Shown piece after piece: positions 9,296 to 21,200 of a stretch of 64,000 nucleotides of DNA. Source of the stretch: Acidimicrobiales bacterium. GTDB lineage: Bacteria > Actinomycetota > Acidimicrobiia > Acidimicrobiales > Aldehydirespiratoraceae. The DNA lies in the NCBI GenBank assembly GCA_033344915.1, contig JAWPML010000001.1, positions 1,048,369 to 1,112,368 of the forward strand. Direction: 5' to 3'. The position numbers and the translations under genes were made by a program. A model generated the notes under the pieces. The model was not told the origin of the DNA. It ran no database searches and was given only the letters and a program-made list of their open reading frames with translations. Numbering within the stretch: the stretch's first letter is position 1; the number at the start of each line of letters is the position of its first letter.

Positions 9296-10395
9296 TCCGC
9301 GTCGTGGCGAATCTGTCGTGGCTCGTGCCCGGCCGCGTCGGCGGCAGCGAGCAGTACACGGTGCGCCTGCTGCGAGCGGTGCGCGACGTCGCGCCGGACG
9401 ACATCAACCTCGGGGTTGTCGCCTCGTCGCCCTTGCTCGACGCCCACCCGGACCTGCGGGACGTCGCGGTCGCCGAGTTGGGTGGACCGATGCACATCCG
9501 CCCGGTCCGGATCCTCGCGGAGTCCACGACGGTTCGCCGGGCGACGGCCCATGCCGACGTGGTGCACCACTTCGGCGGTCGGGTGCCCGCCCGCCGGGCC
9601 CCGCGTGCCGCCCACGTCGTCACGGTGCACGACCTGCAACCGATCCACCTGCCCGAGAACTTCTCCGCCGCCAAGCGGGCGTACCTCCGTTGGGCACTGC
9701 CCCGCTCGGTCGACCGGGCGACGCTGGTGATGACGCCGTCGATGTGGGTCGCCCGCACGGTCGTGGACGAATACGGCGTGGACCCGGCGCGGGTGCGGGC
9801 CGTGTCGTCCACGTGGGACACGGCAACCGACGTCGACGACGGACTCGCCGCGGGACTCGGCGTCGGTCCTGTCGTGCTCTACCCGGCGGTCACCCACCCG
9901 CACAAGGAGCACGCGACGCTCATCGCCGCGGTGCGGGCCCTGGCCGAGCGGCGCCCCGATGTGCGCCTCGTCCTCACCGGCGGTGAAGGTCGGGCCGAGG
10001 CCGCCGTCACGGCTGCATCGCGCGGTGCGCCCGTGATCCGGCTCGGACGGGTCTCCGCCGCCCAGCTGCGGGCGCTGCTCGGGCGGGCCGATGTGCTGGC
10101 CTTTCCCTCGTGCTACGAAGGCTTCGGGCTCCCCGTCATCGAAGCGATGCGCGCCCGCACCCCGGTCGTCGCCCGGACGAACGGCGCCGTGGCCGAGGTG
10201 CTGGACGGCTGTGGCACGCTCGTGGAGACGGCCGATCCGGGGGCGTGGGCCGACGCACTCGACGTCGCGCTCGCCGCCGACGAGGCGACGCTGGACGCCG
10301 CGGCGACCCGGGCAGAGCACTATGCGCCGGCGGTCGCAGCCGCACGGCTCCTCGACGCGTGGCGCGTCGCCGCAGGGTCGTCGACCTCGCGCTGA
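9292..10395 (+). CDS. glycosyltransferase, GT4 (GT-B) family
   Basis: MIRVVANLSWLVPGRVGGSEQY...VVTVHDLQP...VLAFPSCYEGFGLPVIEAMRARTPVVA. Its ATG overlaps the upstream GT4 stop (ATGA at 9292-9295). Confidence 0.8.
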   Translation: MIRVVANLSWLVPGRVGGSEQYTVRLLRAVRDVAPDDINLGVVASSPLLDAHPDLRDVAVAELGGPMHIRPVRILAESTTVRRATAHADVVHHFGGRVPARRAPRAAHVVTVHDLQPIHLPENFSAAKRAYLRWALPRSVDRATLVMTPSMWVARTVVDEYGVDPARVRAVSSTWDTATDVDDGLAAGLGVGPVVLYPAVTHPHKEHATLIAAVRALAERRPDVRLVLTGGEGRAEAAVTAASRGAPVIRLGRVSAAQLRALLGRADVLAFPSCYEGFGLPVIEAMRARTPVVARTNGAVAEVLDGCGTLVETADPGAWADALDVALAADEATLDAAATRAEHYAPAVAAARLLDAWRVAAGSSTSR

Positions 10396-10417
10396 TCGGT
10401 GTGCGAGGCTGCCGCCC

Positions 10418-11638
10418 GTGCGCATCCTGGTCGTCTGCCCGCACTTCGAGCCCGATGTCGCGCCGACGGGCGTGGTGATCACCGAGATCGTGCACCAGCT
10501 CGCCGCGGCCGGCCACGAGCTCGACGTCGTCACGTCGCTGCCCTGGTACGAGTCGCACGCGATCGAGGACGGGTGGGGTGGGCGTCCGGTCCGGCGCGAA
10601 TCGACGGCGTGGGGTCGCATCACGCGGGTCCACCCGTTTCCGACCGACAAGACGAGCATTCCCGCCCGCGCCGCGGGCTTCGCGGGGTTCACGGTGCTGG
10701 CCACGATCGTCGCCGTGCTGCGCCGTCGTCGCCCGGACGTGGTCCTGGCGATGTCGCCGCCACTCACGCTCGGGCTCACCGGCTGGGTCGCGGCCCGGCT
10801 TCGCCGCGTGCCCTACGTCTTCAACATCCAGGACGTGTTCCCCGACGTGGCCGTGGAGGTGGGCGCGATCACGAACCCGCGTCTGATCCGCTTCCTCCGG
10901 TGGCTCGAACGGTTCACCTACCGCCGCGCCGACGCGGTCACCGTGCTCAGCGACGACCTGCGGGCCAACGTCGAGGAGAAGCTCGCGGGCAGGGGCGGCA
11001 CCGAGGTGCGGGTCATCCCGAATTTCGTGGACACCGACCGCATCACGCCGGGCCCGCGGGAGAACGGCTATCGCGACGAGTTCGGCCTCGGCGACAGAAC
11101 CGTGGTCATGTACGCGGGCAACCTCGGGTTCAGCCAGCCGCTCGAACTCATGGTCGAGGCGGCCCGGTCGTTGCAGGAGCGCGACGACCTGGTGTTCGTC
11201 GTCAACGGTGGCGGCTCGACCCGACCGGCGCTCGAAGCGGCGGCGCGGGGGCTCACCAACATCCGCTTCGTGGATTTCCAACCCGCCGAACGGCTCCCGG
11301 AAGTGTTGGCCGCGGCGGACATCCACGTGATCGCGTTGCGGTCCGGCCTCGGGCGGTCGTCCGTGCCCTCCAAGATGTATTCGATCCTCGCCGCCGGACG
11401 CCCCGTGCTCGCCTCGATCGACGCGGGCACCGAGGTCCAGCGGGTGATCGACGCGACGGGCGCGGGCACGACGGTGCCGCCCGACGATGCGGCGGCGTTT
11501 CGCCAGGGAGTGCTCGATCTCGTCGATCGGGACCGCGCGACGATGGGGGAGCGGGGACGCGCCTTCGTGGAGGAATGGGTCTCGCCGGCCGGCGTCGCGA
11601 CCGCCTACGCGGACCTCTTCGAGGAACTGCGGAGGTGA
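10418..11638 (+). CDS. glycosyltransferase, GT4 family (WcaI-like architecture)
   Basis: VRILVVCPHFEPDVAPTGVVITEIVHQLAAAGHELDVVTSLPWY...FNIQDVFPDVAVEVGAI...VMYAGNLGFSQ...SSVPSKMYSILAAGRPVLA. GTG start at 10418, 22 nt after the previous stop. Confidence 0.8.
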   Translation: MRILVVCPHFEPDVAPTGVVITEIVHQLAAAGHELDVVTSLPWYESHAIEDGWGGRPVRRESTAWGRITRVHPFPTDKTSIPARAAGFAGFTVLATIVAVLRRRRPDVVLAMSPPLTLGLTGWVAARLRRVPYVFNIQDVFPDVAVEVGAITNPRLIRFLRWLERFTYRRADAVTVLSDDLRANVEEKLAGRGGTEVRVIPNFVDTDRITPGPRENGYRDEFGLGDRTVVMYAGNLGFSQPLELMVEAARSLQERDDLVFVVNGGGSTRPALEAAARGLTNIRFVDFQPAERLPEVLAAADIHVIALRSGLGRSSVPSKMYSILAAGRPVLASIDAGTEVQRVIDATGAGTTVPPDDAAAFRQGVLDLVDRDRATMGERGRAFVEEWVSPAGVATAYADLFEELRR

Positions 11639-11677
11639 ACGCAGGGAAGCGGGTGGCGACCGCTAGCGTGGTCGCTC

Positions 11678-12547
11678 GTGGGTAAGGCAAGTTCGTCCAA
11701 GAAGGTCCAGCGCGCGGCTCGTGCCGCGGCCTCGTCGCGTGGCACCGGCGAGCGCCGGGAACGCACGTTCCCGATGGTGATCGCCGTGATCGTGCTGCTC
11801 GGCATCGGTCTCGTCGTCGCGTCCCGAGCGTCACGCGACCCGATCATCGACCCGCTGGTCGGCGATCACTGGCACTCCGCCTACGAGTTCTACGACTGTG
11901 GCTCCCTGCTGCCGACGCTCGCCGACGAGTCGGGCCCCGACGGCATCCACAGCCACGGCGACGGCCTGTTCCACATCCACCCGCGCAACAGCTCGGCGAC
12001 GGGTGTCGACGCCAACCTCGGCGTGTTCTTCGCCGCAGCCAGCCTCTCGGTCGGCACCGACCTCGTCGTGTCGAACAGCCCGGTCGACGTCGGTTTCGCG
12101 GGGCTCGATGCCAGTACCGGGTGCGGCGACGACGACAGCCAGATCGTCGTGGGTCGCTGGAACGTCGACGGGAACGAGCCGGAGCTCGAGACCGTGTACA
12201 CCGACGACTTCGCGGAGATCCGCTTCCTGCACGAGCGGGAGGCGTTCACGATCGCCAAGGTCGTCGTGGGCGAGGACCCGCCGGCTCCGTCCGAGGCCGT
12301 CCTGGCCCAACTCGCCAGCACGACGGGCACGACGAACCTCTTCTCCGAGAACCCGATCCTTCCGCCGCTCGAGGGTGAGGACGACGGTACGACCGACGAC
12401 GGCGCGACCGACGTCGGCGCCACCGATGGCGAGCCGACGGACGACGGCGCGACCGACGACGGCGCCACGACCGATGGCGAGCCGACCGACAGCACCGACG
12501 GGGCCGACGATTCGACCACGGACGAGGCACCGGCCACCGACGAGTAG
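11678..12547 (+). CDS. membrane-anchored hypothetical protein with His-rich motifs and an acidic D/T/G repeat tail
   Basis: The 289-aa ORF has a basic N-terminus and one TM span (FPMVIAVIVLLGIGLVVA). It contains the motifs GDHWHSAYEFYDCG and GIHSHGDGLFHIHP. The tail encoded by 12371-12544 is EGEDDGTTDDGATDVGATDGEPTDDGATDDGATTDGEPTDSTDGADDSTTDE. GC3-rich codon usage supports coding. Confidence 0.7.
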   Translation: MGKASSSKKVQRAARAAASSRGTGERRERTFPMVIAVIVLLGIGLVVASRASRDPIIDPLVGDHWHSAYEFYDCGSLLPTLADESGPDGIHSHGDGLFHIHPRNSSATGVDANLGVFFAAASLSVGTDLVVSNSPVDVGFAGLDASTGCGDDDSQIVVGRWNVDGNEPELETVYTDDFAEIRFLHEREAFTIAKVVVGEDPPAPSEAVLAQLASTTGTTNLFSENPILPPLEGEDDGTTDDGATDVGATDGEPTDDGATDDGATTDGEPTDSTDGADDSTTDEAPATDE

Positions 12548-12620
12548 TGGGGTCGCCGACGCCGCGCCGCGGTAGGTTCGCACCCGTCGGCCGGCGAGTC
12601 GACATCGTCTCGGAGGTGTC

Positions 12621-13625
12621 ATGAAGGCTGTCGTTCTCGTCGGTGGATTCGGTACGCGTCTGCGGCCGCTCACCCTGACGACACCGAAGCAGATGCTCCC
12701 GGTGATCGATCGGCCCATGCTCGAGCACGTCGTCGCCGGCCTCGGCGCTCATGGCGTTGACGAGGTCACCCTGTCGCTCGGCTACAAGGAGGACGTCTTC
12801 CGTGACGCGTATCCCGCCGGCGAATGCGCGGGTGTAGCCCTGAACTACGCCGTGGAACCGGAGCCCCTCGACACGGCCGGGGCCGTGCGTTTCGCGGCGG
12901 AGGCCGCCGGTATCGACGAGACCTTCATCGTCATCAACGGCGACGTCTTCACGGACCTCGACGTGCGCTCGGTGTGGGACCGTCACCTCGAGGTCGGCGC
13001 CGAGGGCACGATCGCACTCACCCCCGTCGACGATCCGTCGCGCTACGGCGTGGTGCCGACCGATGACGATGGCCGCGTCCTCGGGTTCGTCGAGAAGCCG
13101 CCCCGTGACGAGGCACCGACCAACTGGATCAATGCCGGAACCTATGTGCTCGAGCCGTCCGTGCTCGCCCGTATCGACACCGGCCGCCGGGTTTCCATCG
13201 AGCGGGAGACGTTCCCCGCGATCGTCGCCGACGGCGGGCTGTGGGCCGTGCAGTCGGACGCCTACTGGGTCGACGCGGGCACGCCGGACACCTATCTCCA
13301 GATCCAGATGGACCTGCTCGACGGCGTGCGTGGCGATCCGGTCGACGGCATCTCCGCCGACGCGAGGATCGCCGACCACGCCACCGTCGAGCGGTCCGTG
13401 GTGATGGCCGGCGCATCGGTGGCCGACGGCGCCGTCGTGCGCGATGCGGTGGTCTCCGTCGGAGCGACGGTGGGCGCCGGCGCAACGGTGGAAGGCTCGG
13501 TCGTCGGCCCGAATGCGGTCGTCGGCGAACGGGCGAAGCTGACGGGTATGTCCATGATCGGCGAGGGAGCCGTCGTCGAGGCGGGCCTGGCGCTCGATGG
13601 TGCCCGGCTCCCGGCGAGCGACTGA
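12621..13625 (+). CDS. manC: mannose-1-phosphate guanylyltransferase-type sugar nucleotidyltransferase
   Basis: MKAVVLVGGFGTRLRPLTLTTPKQMLPV (the GxGTRxxPLT motif), followed by YGVV..D..GRV..FVEKP and a C-terminal left-handed beta-helix hexapeptide region. The sugar specificity is inferred from the GDP-mannose gene context. Confidence 0.8.
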   Translation: MKAVVLVGGFGTRLRPLTLTTPKQMLPVIDRPMLEHVVAGLGAHGVDEVTLSLGYKEDVFRDAYPAGECAGVALNYAVEPEPLDTAGAVRFAAEAAGIDETFIVINGDVFTDLDVRSVWDRHLEVGAEGTIALTPVDDPSRYGVVPTDDDGRVLGFVEKPPRDEAPTNWINAGTYVLEPSVLARIDTGRRVSIERETFPAIVADGGLWAVQSDAYWVDAGTPDTYLQIQMDLLDGVRGDPVDGISADARIADHATVERSVVMAGASVADGAVVRDAVVSVGATVGAGATVEGSVVGPNAVVGERAKLTGMSMIGEGAVVEAGLALDGARLPASD

Positions 13626-14644
13626 TGGCGACGCTGGTCACCGGTGGCGCCGGATACATCGGCTCGCACACGGCCGTGGCGCTCCACGACGCCGGCCGCG
13701 ACGTCGTGATCGTCGACAACCTCTCGAACTCCTCACCGAAGGCCGTCGACGCCGTACGGGCGCTCACCACGGAGGACCTCGCCTTCGTCGAGGCCGACCT
13801 GCTGGACACCGACGCCCTCGTGCGGATCTTCGCGGACCACACGATCGACGAGGTCGTCCACTTCGCCGCCCACAAGGCGGTCGGGGAGTCCGTCGAGAAG
13901 CCGCTCACCTACTACCGCAACAACCTCGGGAGCACCATCGGGCTCGTGGAGGCCATGGCCGAACACGGTGTCTCCAAGCTGGTGTTCTCGTCGTCGTGCA
14001 CCGTCTACGGGGAACCCGACGTCGTCCCGGTGACCGAGTCCGCCCCCACGGGCGCGCAGAGCCCCTACGGCTGGACCAAGTACATGAGCGAGCAGATCCT
14101 CCGCGATGCGGCGGGCGCCATGCCGCTCGACGTGGTGCTGCTCCGCTACTTCAACCCCGTCGGCGCCCACCCCAGCGGCACGATCGGCGAGGACCCGAAC
14201 GGCATCCCGAACAATCTCGTCCCGTTCGTGATGCAGGTGGCGGTCGGCCGACTCGATCAGGTCCGGGTCTTCGGCGACGACTACGACACGCCGGACGGCA
14301 CCGGGGTGCGTGACTACATCCACGTGATGGATCTCGCGGAGGCACACGTCGCCGCGCTCGAGGCGCTGGCCTCCGGCCGGCTCCGGGGCGCCCATCCCGT
14401 GAACGTCGGCACGGGGAACGGCTACAGCGTGCTCGAGGTCATCCGCGCGGCCAGCCAGGCGGTCGGTCGGGATCTTCCCTATGAAGTGGTCGGCCGGCGC
14501 CCCGGCGACATCGCCAAGACCTGGGCGGCCACCGACCATGCGGCCGACGTGCTCGACTGGCGGGCCCGCCGCGGCATCGACGAGATGCTCGCGGATCACT
14601 GGCGTTGGCAGTCGCAGAACCCCGACGGGTTCGCCCGCACCTAG
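13625..14644 (+). CDS. galE: UDP-glucose 4-epimerase
   Basis: MATLVTGGAGYIGSHTAVAL..VVIVDNLSNSS...FSSSCTVYG...SPYGWTKYM.E...LRYFNPVGAHPSG.IGEDP.GIPNNL.P. Its ATG overlaps the manC stop (TGATG at 13623-13627). Confidence 0.92.
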   Translation: MATLVTGGAGYIGSHTAVALHDAGRDVVIVDNLSNSSPKAVDAVRALTTEDLAFVEADLLDTDALVRIFADHTIDEVVHFAAHKAVGESVEKPLTYYRNNLGSTIGLVEAMAEHGVSKLVFSSSCTVYGEPDVVPVTESAPTGAQSPYGWTKYMSEQILRDAAGAMPLDVVLLRYFNPVGAHPSGTIGEDPNGIPNNLVPFVMQVAVGRLDQVRVFGDDYDTPDGTGVRDYIHVMDLAEAHVAALEALASGRLRGAHPVNVGTGNGYSVLEVIRAASQAVGRDLPYEVVGRRPGDIAKTWAATDHAADVLDWRARRGIDEMLADHWRWQSQNPDGFART

Positions 14645-15342
14645 CGGAAGAGGTCCTCGGCGGGATCCCGCACGATCTCGGCCACGACGCCGCTCGGTCG
14701 GAACCACGCGGCCGGGAGCCCGCGCACGATGGCGACGCAGATCCCCTCCGCCTTGCCCATGACGAGATCCGCGGCGGCGGCGATCTCGTCGACCGCGGCG
14801 ACCTCGGTGACCATCAGCTCGCGACCGAGCGCGTCCGTGGTGCCCCGGAGGTCGACGACCGCGGCGATGCCGGCGCAGCCGATCGCGACGTCCGTGACCC
14901 CGCGTCGCCACGGACGGCCGAAGGTGTCGCTGACGACGATCCCGACGTCCAGGCCGGCCCGGGCCTGCAACCGGTCCTTGATGCCGCGGGCCGAGCGGTC
15001 GCTGTCGACGGGGAGGAGAGCGGCCTGCCCCCGCTCGACGTTCGACAGATCGATGCCCGCGTTGGCACACACGAACCCGTGTTCCGTCTCGGAGATGATC
15101 AGCTCGCCTCGGCGGCGCAGGATGCGCACGGACTCCCGCTCGACGAGCGGCTTGTGGGAGAGCGGGTCCGACGGGTCGATGTCGACCAGGCGGTTCTCGG
15201 CCTTCGACACGACCTTCTGGGTGATGACGAGACAGTCGCCGTCGCGGACGTCGGTGTCGGCGCCGATGATGAGATCGGCGAGGTCGTCGCCGGGGCGGAC
15301 CTCGCCGATGCCGTGCACCGGGATGATCTCGAGTGCGCTCAT
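14641..15342 (-). CDS. cofE: coenzyme F420-0:L-glutamate ligase, single-domain (CofE type)
   Basis: MSALEIIPVHGIGEVRPGDDLADLI....DGDCLVITQKVVSKAENR...FVCANAGID.SN...LLP.D.D.SA..I...L.......VVSDTFGRPWR.G..DVAIG. An AGGAGG Shine-Dalgarno sequence lies 6 nt before the ATG at 15342. That ATG overlaps the cofD stop (ATGA). The protein is 233 aa with no nitroreductase-like C-terminal domain. Confidence 0.88.
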   Translation of the reverse strand: MSALEIIPVHGIGEVRPGDDLADLIIGADTDVRDGDCLVITQKVVSKAENRLVDIDPSDPLSHKPLVERESVRILRRRGELIISETEHGFVCANAGIDLSNVERGQAALLPVDSDRSARGIKDRLQARAGLDVGIVVSDTFGRPWRRGVTDVAIGCAGIAAVVDLRGTTDALGRELMVTEVAAVDEIAAAADLVMGKAEGICVAIVRGLPAAWFRPSGVVAEIVRDPAEDLFR

Positions 15343-16270
15343 CGTGGTCCTCCTGCGGCGTGGCACGCGCGGGCGAGTGCTGCCGCGATGCCTGGTTCGG
15401 ACATGATCGTCGGCATCGCGATGGCGCGCATGCCGGCGTCCTCGATCTCCGGCACGAGATGGGCGTCGACGTCGTCGACGACGAGGGTGGCCGCCAGGTC
15501 GCGGTAGCGCCGGGCAACGCCGACGACCGTGGACTCCTCGCCGAGCTCGCGCAACATGCGGTCCGCCGGGCCCTTCAACGCCTTCCCGCCGATGATCGGC
15601 GAGACGGCGACGTTGCGGTCGCGGCGGGCCTGGACCCGCTCACGGACGCCGGGGATCGCCAGCACGGGCCCGATCGAGACGATCGGGTTGCTCGGCGCGA
15701 TCACCAGGGTGTCGGCCTCGTCGATCGCCGCGAGGGTGGCCGCGGTCGGGGTGGCGGCCTCGGCGCCGACGAAGCGCACCGCAGAGACCGCGACGTCGTG
15801 CTGGCGTCCGACGAAGTACTCCTGGAAGCCGATCTCGCCGCCCTCGACGAGCGTCACCCGGGTCTCCACCGGGTCATCCGTGACGGGCAGGAGACGGCAC
15901 CGGAGATCCCAGGCGGCGGTGATCTCCGCGGTGACCTCGGTGAGCGTCGCGCCCTCGGCGAGGCGGTCGGTGCGGTAGAGGTGGGTGCCGAGGTCGCGGT
16001 CGCCGAGGCTGAACCAGTTCTCCCCGCCGTAGCGTCCGAGCTCGGCCATCGCCTGCCAGCTCTCGTCGACGAGTCCCCAACCACGATCGGGATCGATCGC
16101 CCCGGCGAGGGTGTAGGTGCACGTGTCGAGGTCCGGGCACACCCGCAGCCCGTGCAGGGTGACGTCGTCACCGACGTTCACGATCGCGGTGACCGTCGCC
16201 GGGTCGAACGCCTCGAGAGCACCCCGCAGATAGCGGGCTGCGCCGACGCCGCCGGCGAGCACCGTGTGCA

Positions 16271-16271
<1 letters not shown>
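15339..16271 (-). CDS. cofD: 2-phospho-L-lactate (or EPPG) transferase, F420 biosynthesis
   Basis: MHTVLAGGVGAARYLRGL...IVNVGDD..LHGL.VCPDLD...YTLAG...GWG...W.....L...G...WF.LGDRDL.THL.RT..L..G..L...T.......LLP.TDD...T.V....G...FQEYFV. Its ATG (16271-16269) shares one base with the gmd TGA (16273-16271). Confidence 0.9.
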
Positions 16272-18217
<1,946 letters not shown>

Positions 18218-18280
18218 TCAACCATGCGCTCCCCACGGTGGCCCCGCCGCCGCCGAGCGGAGCGGTAGCCTCGCACGATC

Positions 18281-21200
18281 GTGGCCGACCAGACCGACAC
18301 CTCTCGCGACGCCACGCCGTCGGTACTCGCCGTCGTCGTGGCCCACGAGCCCGGAGCGTGGTTCGAGGAGACGCTCGACAGTCTCGCGACCCAGGACTAC
18401 GCGCGTCTGTCCGTGGTCGTGATCGATTCCGCCGGCGATCCCACGCTCGGCAGTCGTGTGCACGCCGCCCTCCCGAGCGCGTCGGTCGTGGACGCACCGG
18501 ACACGGTCGGGTTCTCCGAGGCCGCGAACGCCATTCTCGACACCGGCGTGGCGCCGGCGTTCATCGTCTTCTGCCATGACGACGTGGTGCTCGCCTCCGA
18601 CGCGATCCGGCAGCTGGTCACCGAGGCGTTGCGCTCCAACGCCGGGATCGCCGGCGCCAAGCTCGTCGACTGGCACGACCCGATGCGGCTCCAGCACGTG
18701 TCCTACGTCGTGGATCGGTTCGGTGTCGCGGCGGACATCATCGAGCCCGCCGAGCTCGACCAGGAGCAGTTCGACGCCGTCGCGGACGTGTTCGCCGTGC
18801 CGTCGGCCTGCATGCTCGTCAACACCCAGCTGTTCGCCACGCTCGGCGGTTTCGACCCCGGCATCCCGTACCGCGGGGAGGACATCGACCTCTGCTGGCG
18901 GGCGCATCTCGCCGGAGCGCGGGTCATGATCGTGCCGGACGCCCGCGTCCGCCATCGCGACGATCTCTACGGCCGCACCGGCGTGGACGACATCCGCCGC
19001 ACCCGCGCCCGACACCAGTTGCGCACCGTCCTCGTCACCGCGAGTCGGCCGAGTCTGCTCCTCACCCTGCCGTTGCTCGCCCTGCTGACGCTCGGCGAGG
19101 CGGCGGTGGCGCTGCTGGCGGGCCGCCTGTCCCACGTGCGTGACGTCTTCGGTGCCTGGTCCTGGAACCTGCGTCGTATCGGGGAGATACGGGCCCGACG
19201 CCGCCGGTTGCGGCCGCTCATCCGGGCGCGTCACGCGGACGTGCGAGCCCTCCAGGAGACGGGCAGCGTCCGGATCAACGCGTTCGTGCGGGGCCAGATC
19301 GGGCGTCGCCGCGACGATCCCCAGTTCGCTGCGCTCATCCGCACCGGTACGGCGCGGATCGCCGCGATCGTCGCGGCACTGGTCGCCCTTTTCGTCGTCT
19401 TCGGCAGCCGTACGCTCGTGACCGACGGGATCCCGGCGATCGGCGAGTTCCCGTCGTTCGGTGACACCGGTGCCCTCGTGGGGGAGTGGTGGGATGCGTG
19501 GCGGCACCGTGACCTGGGCAGCCCGGGCACGCCGCGCAGCGGCATCGCCGTGATCGGTGCGCTCTCGTGGCTGCTCGGCGGCGCGGACGGGTTCGTGCGC
19601 CTGCTCTGGGTGCTGGGCCCGGTCGTCGCCGGGCTGGCCGGGGCCTGGCGCTTGTTGGGCGTGACGGGTTCGCGCCGGGCGCAGATCGGCTCGCTGGTCA
19701 CCTACGCGATCGTGCCGTTGCCGTGGGTGTCGATCGAGCTGGCGTCGATCAGCGGGCTCTACGCCTACGCCGCCGCGCCGTGGGTGCTCGGCGCGCTCCT
19801 GCACGCGCAGGCGGCATCGCCGTACCGCTCCACCGCCGGCCCCTGGCGGGGCGTGGTGCCGGTCGGGCTCGGGCTCGGGCTGACCCTGGCGCTGACGGCC
19901 CTGTTCGCCCCCGTGGCGATCACCATCGTCGTCCCCGTTCTCGGCGGTCTGCTCGTGGCCTCGCTCCTGACCGGCCAGATGCGGGGCACCCTCCGGCTCC
20001 TCGCCGTGCTCGGTCTGGGCGCCGCGACGCTGATCCTGCTCGCCCTGCCCGCGTTCCTCGACCAGGTCGCCGCCGGGCTCGCGTGGGCGCCGTTCGTCGG
20101 CGGCCGCACCGACGGGCCGACCGACCTCGCGCTGGTCGACATCGTGGGGTTCGGACTCGGCACCGACGGTGTCGCGATTCTGACCCTGGCCCTCGTGGTG
20201 CCCATGGCGCTGCCGTTGCTCGTCGGGCGCTCGTGGCGCTTCGCGCTCGCCGTCCGCGGATGGCTCGTCGCCCTCGTCTCCTGGGGGCTGGTGTGGGCGG
20301 CGTCGTGGGGCGCGCTGCCGTTCGCGCTGCCGCGACCGGCCGTGCTGCTCGCGCCGGCGGCGGCCGGGGTGGCCCTGCTCGCGGGCGCCGCGGTGGCGGT
20401 GGCCGAGAACGACATGCGAGCCGCCGGGTTCGGTTGGCGTCAGGCGCTGCTCCCGTTGGGCGTGGTCGCCGCGATCCTCGCGACGCTCCCGACCCTTGCC
20501 CTCGCCGAGTCCGGCCGCTGGGAGATGCCGCGTGGCGACTTCACCGACACGCTCCCCCTCGCCGATCCGGCGACGGACGGCAGCTATCGCGTGTTGTGGC
20601 TCGCCGCGCCGGACCATCTCCCGGCGGAGGGCCACGCCCTGGACGACTCCCTGGCCTGGGTGCTCACGCTCGACGGCCTGCCGCTCATCGGCGACGCCGG
20701 GCTGCCGGCCGACGAGGGGGCGGTCGATCTCGTCGACGGCGTGATCCGCACCGCGGTCAGCGGCGAGACGATGCGCCTCGGGCGCACGCTCGGCGCGTTC
20801 GGCATCCGCTACGTCGTCATCCTCGACCGGCTCGCCCCGGCCCCGTTCAGCGCCACCGGCACGCCGCCCGCGCCAGCCCTCGAGGAGGTGCTCAGTCGGC
20901 AACTGGATCTGCAACAGCTCGAGGGCATCAACTCGGCGGTGTCGCTCTACGTCAACACGGAGTGGACGAGCGTGCGGGCAGCTGGCGCTCCGGGCTTCGA
21001 TGCCGGCCGCGACGATCTCTCGGATCTCGCCGTCGACCCCCTCCAGGGCACGCTCGGCGTCCTCGCTGGTCGCGCGACCGAACTCCAGGGCCGTCTGCCC
21101 GAGACCACCGAGCTGTACCTCGCCCAGAGCAACGACACGCGTTGGCGCCTCGTCGTGGACGGGGAGCGCACGGGCCGACGCCATGCGGTCGGCTTCGCCA

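Noticed and set aside
12371-12544. Repetitive DNA at 4703-4804, 12371-12544, 57790-57870 and ~59290-59350 as possible CRISPR or other non-coding arrays.
   Set aside because: All are in-frame low-complexity coding repeats (T/S/P or D/G/T linkers) without spacer structure. No cas genes are present.
18218-21184. Very long antisense ORFs: 18218..21184 (-, 988 aa), 2639..4972 (-), 21247..23064 (-), 26785..28893 (-), 34997..37459 (-), 42677..45751 (-, 1024 aa) and 47030..48775 (-).
   Set aside because: Each lies opposite a gene with unmistakable family motifs (GT2, LCP, DUF5719-like, YfhO-like, ahcY/LLM, secA, ftsEX). Their translations are R/G/P/H/D-rich without motifs. Stop-codon depletion in GC-rich DNA explains them.
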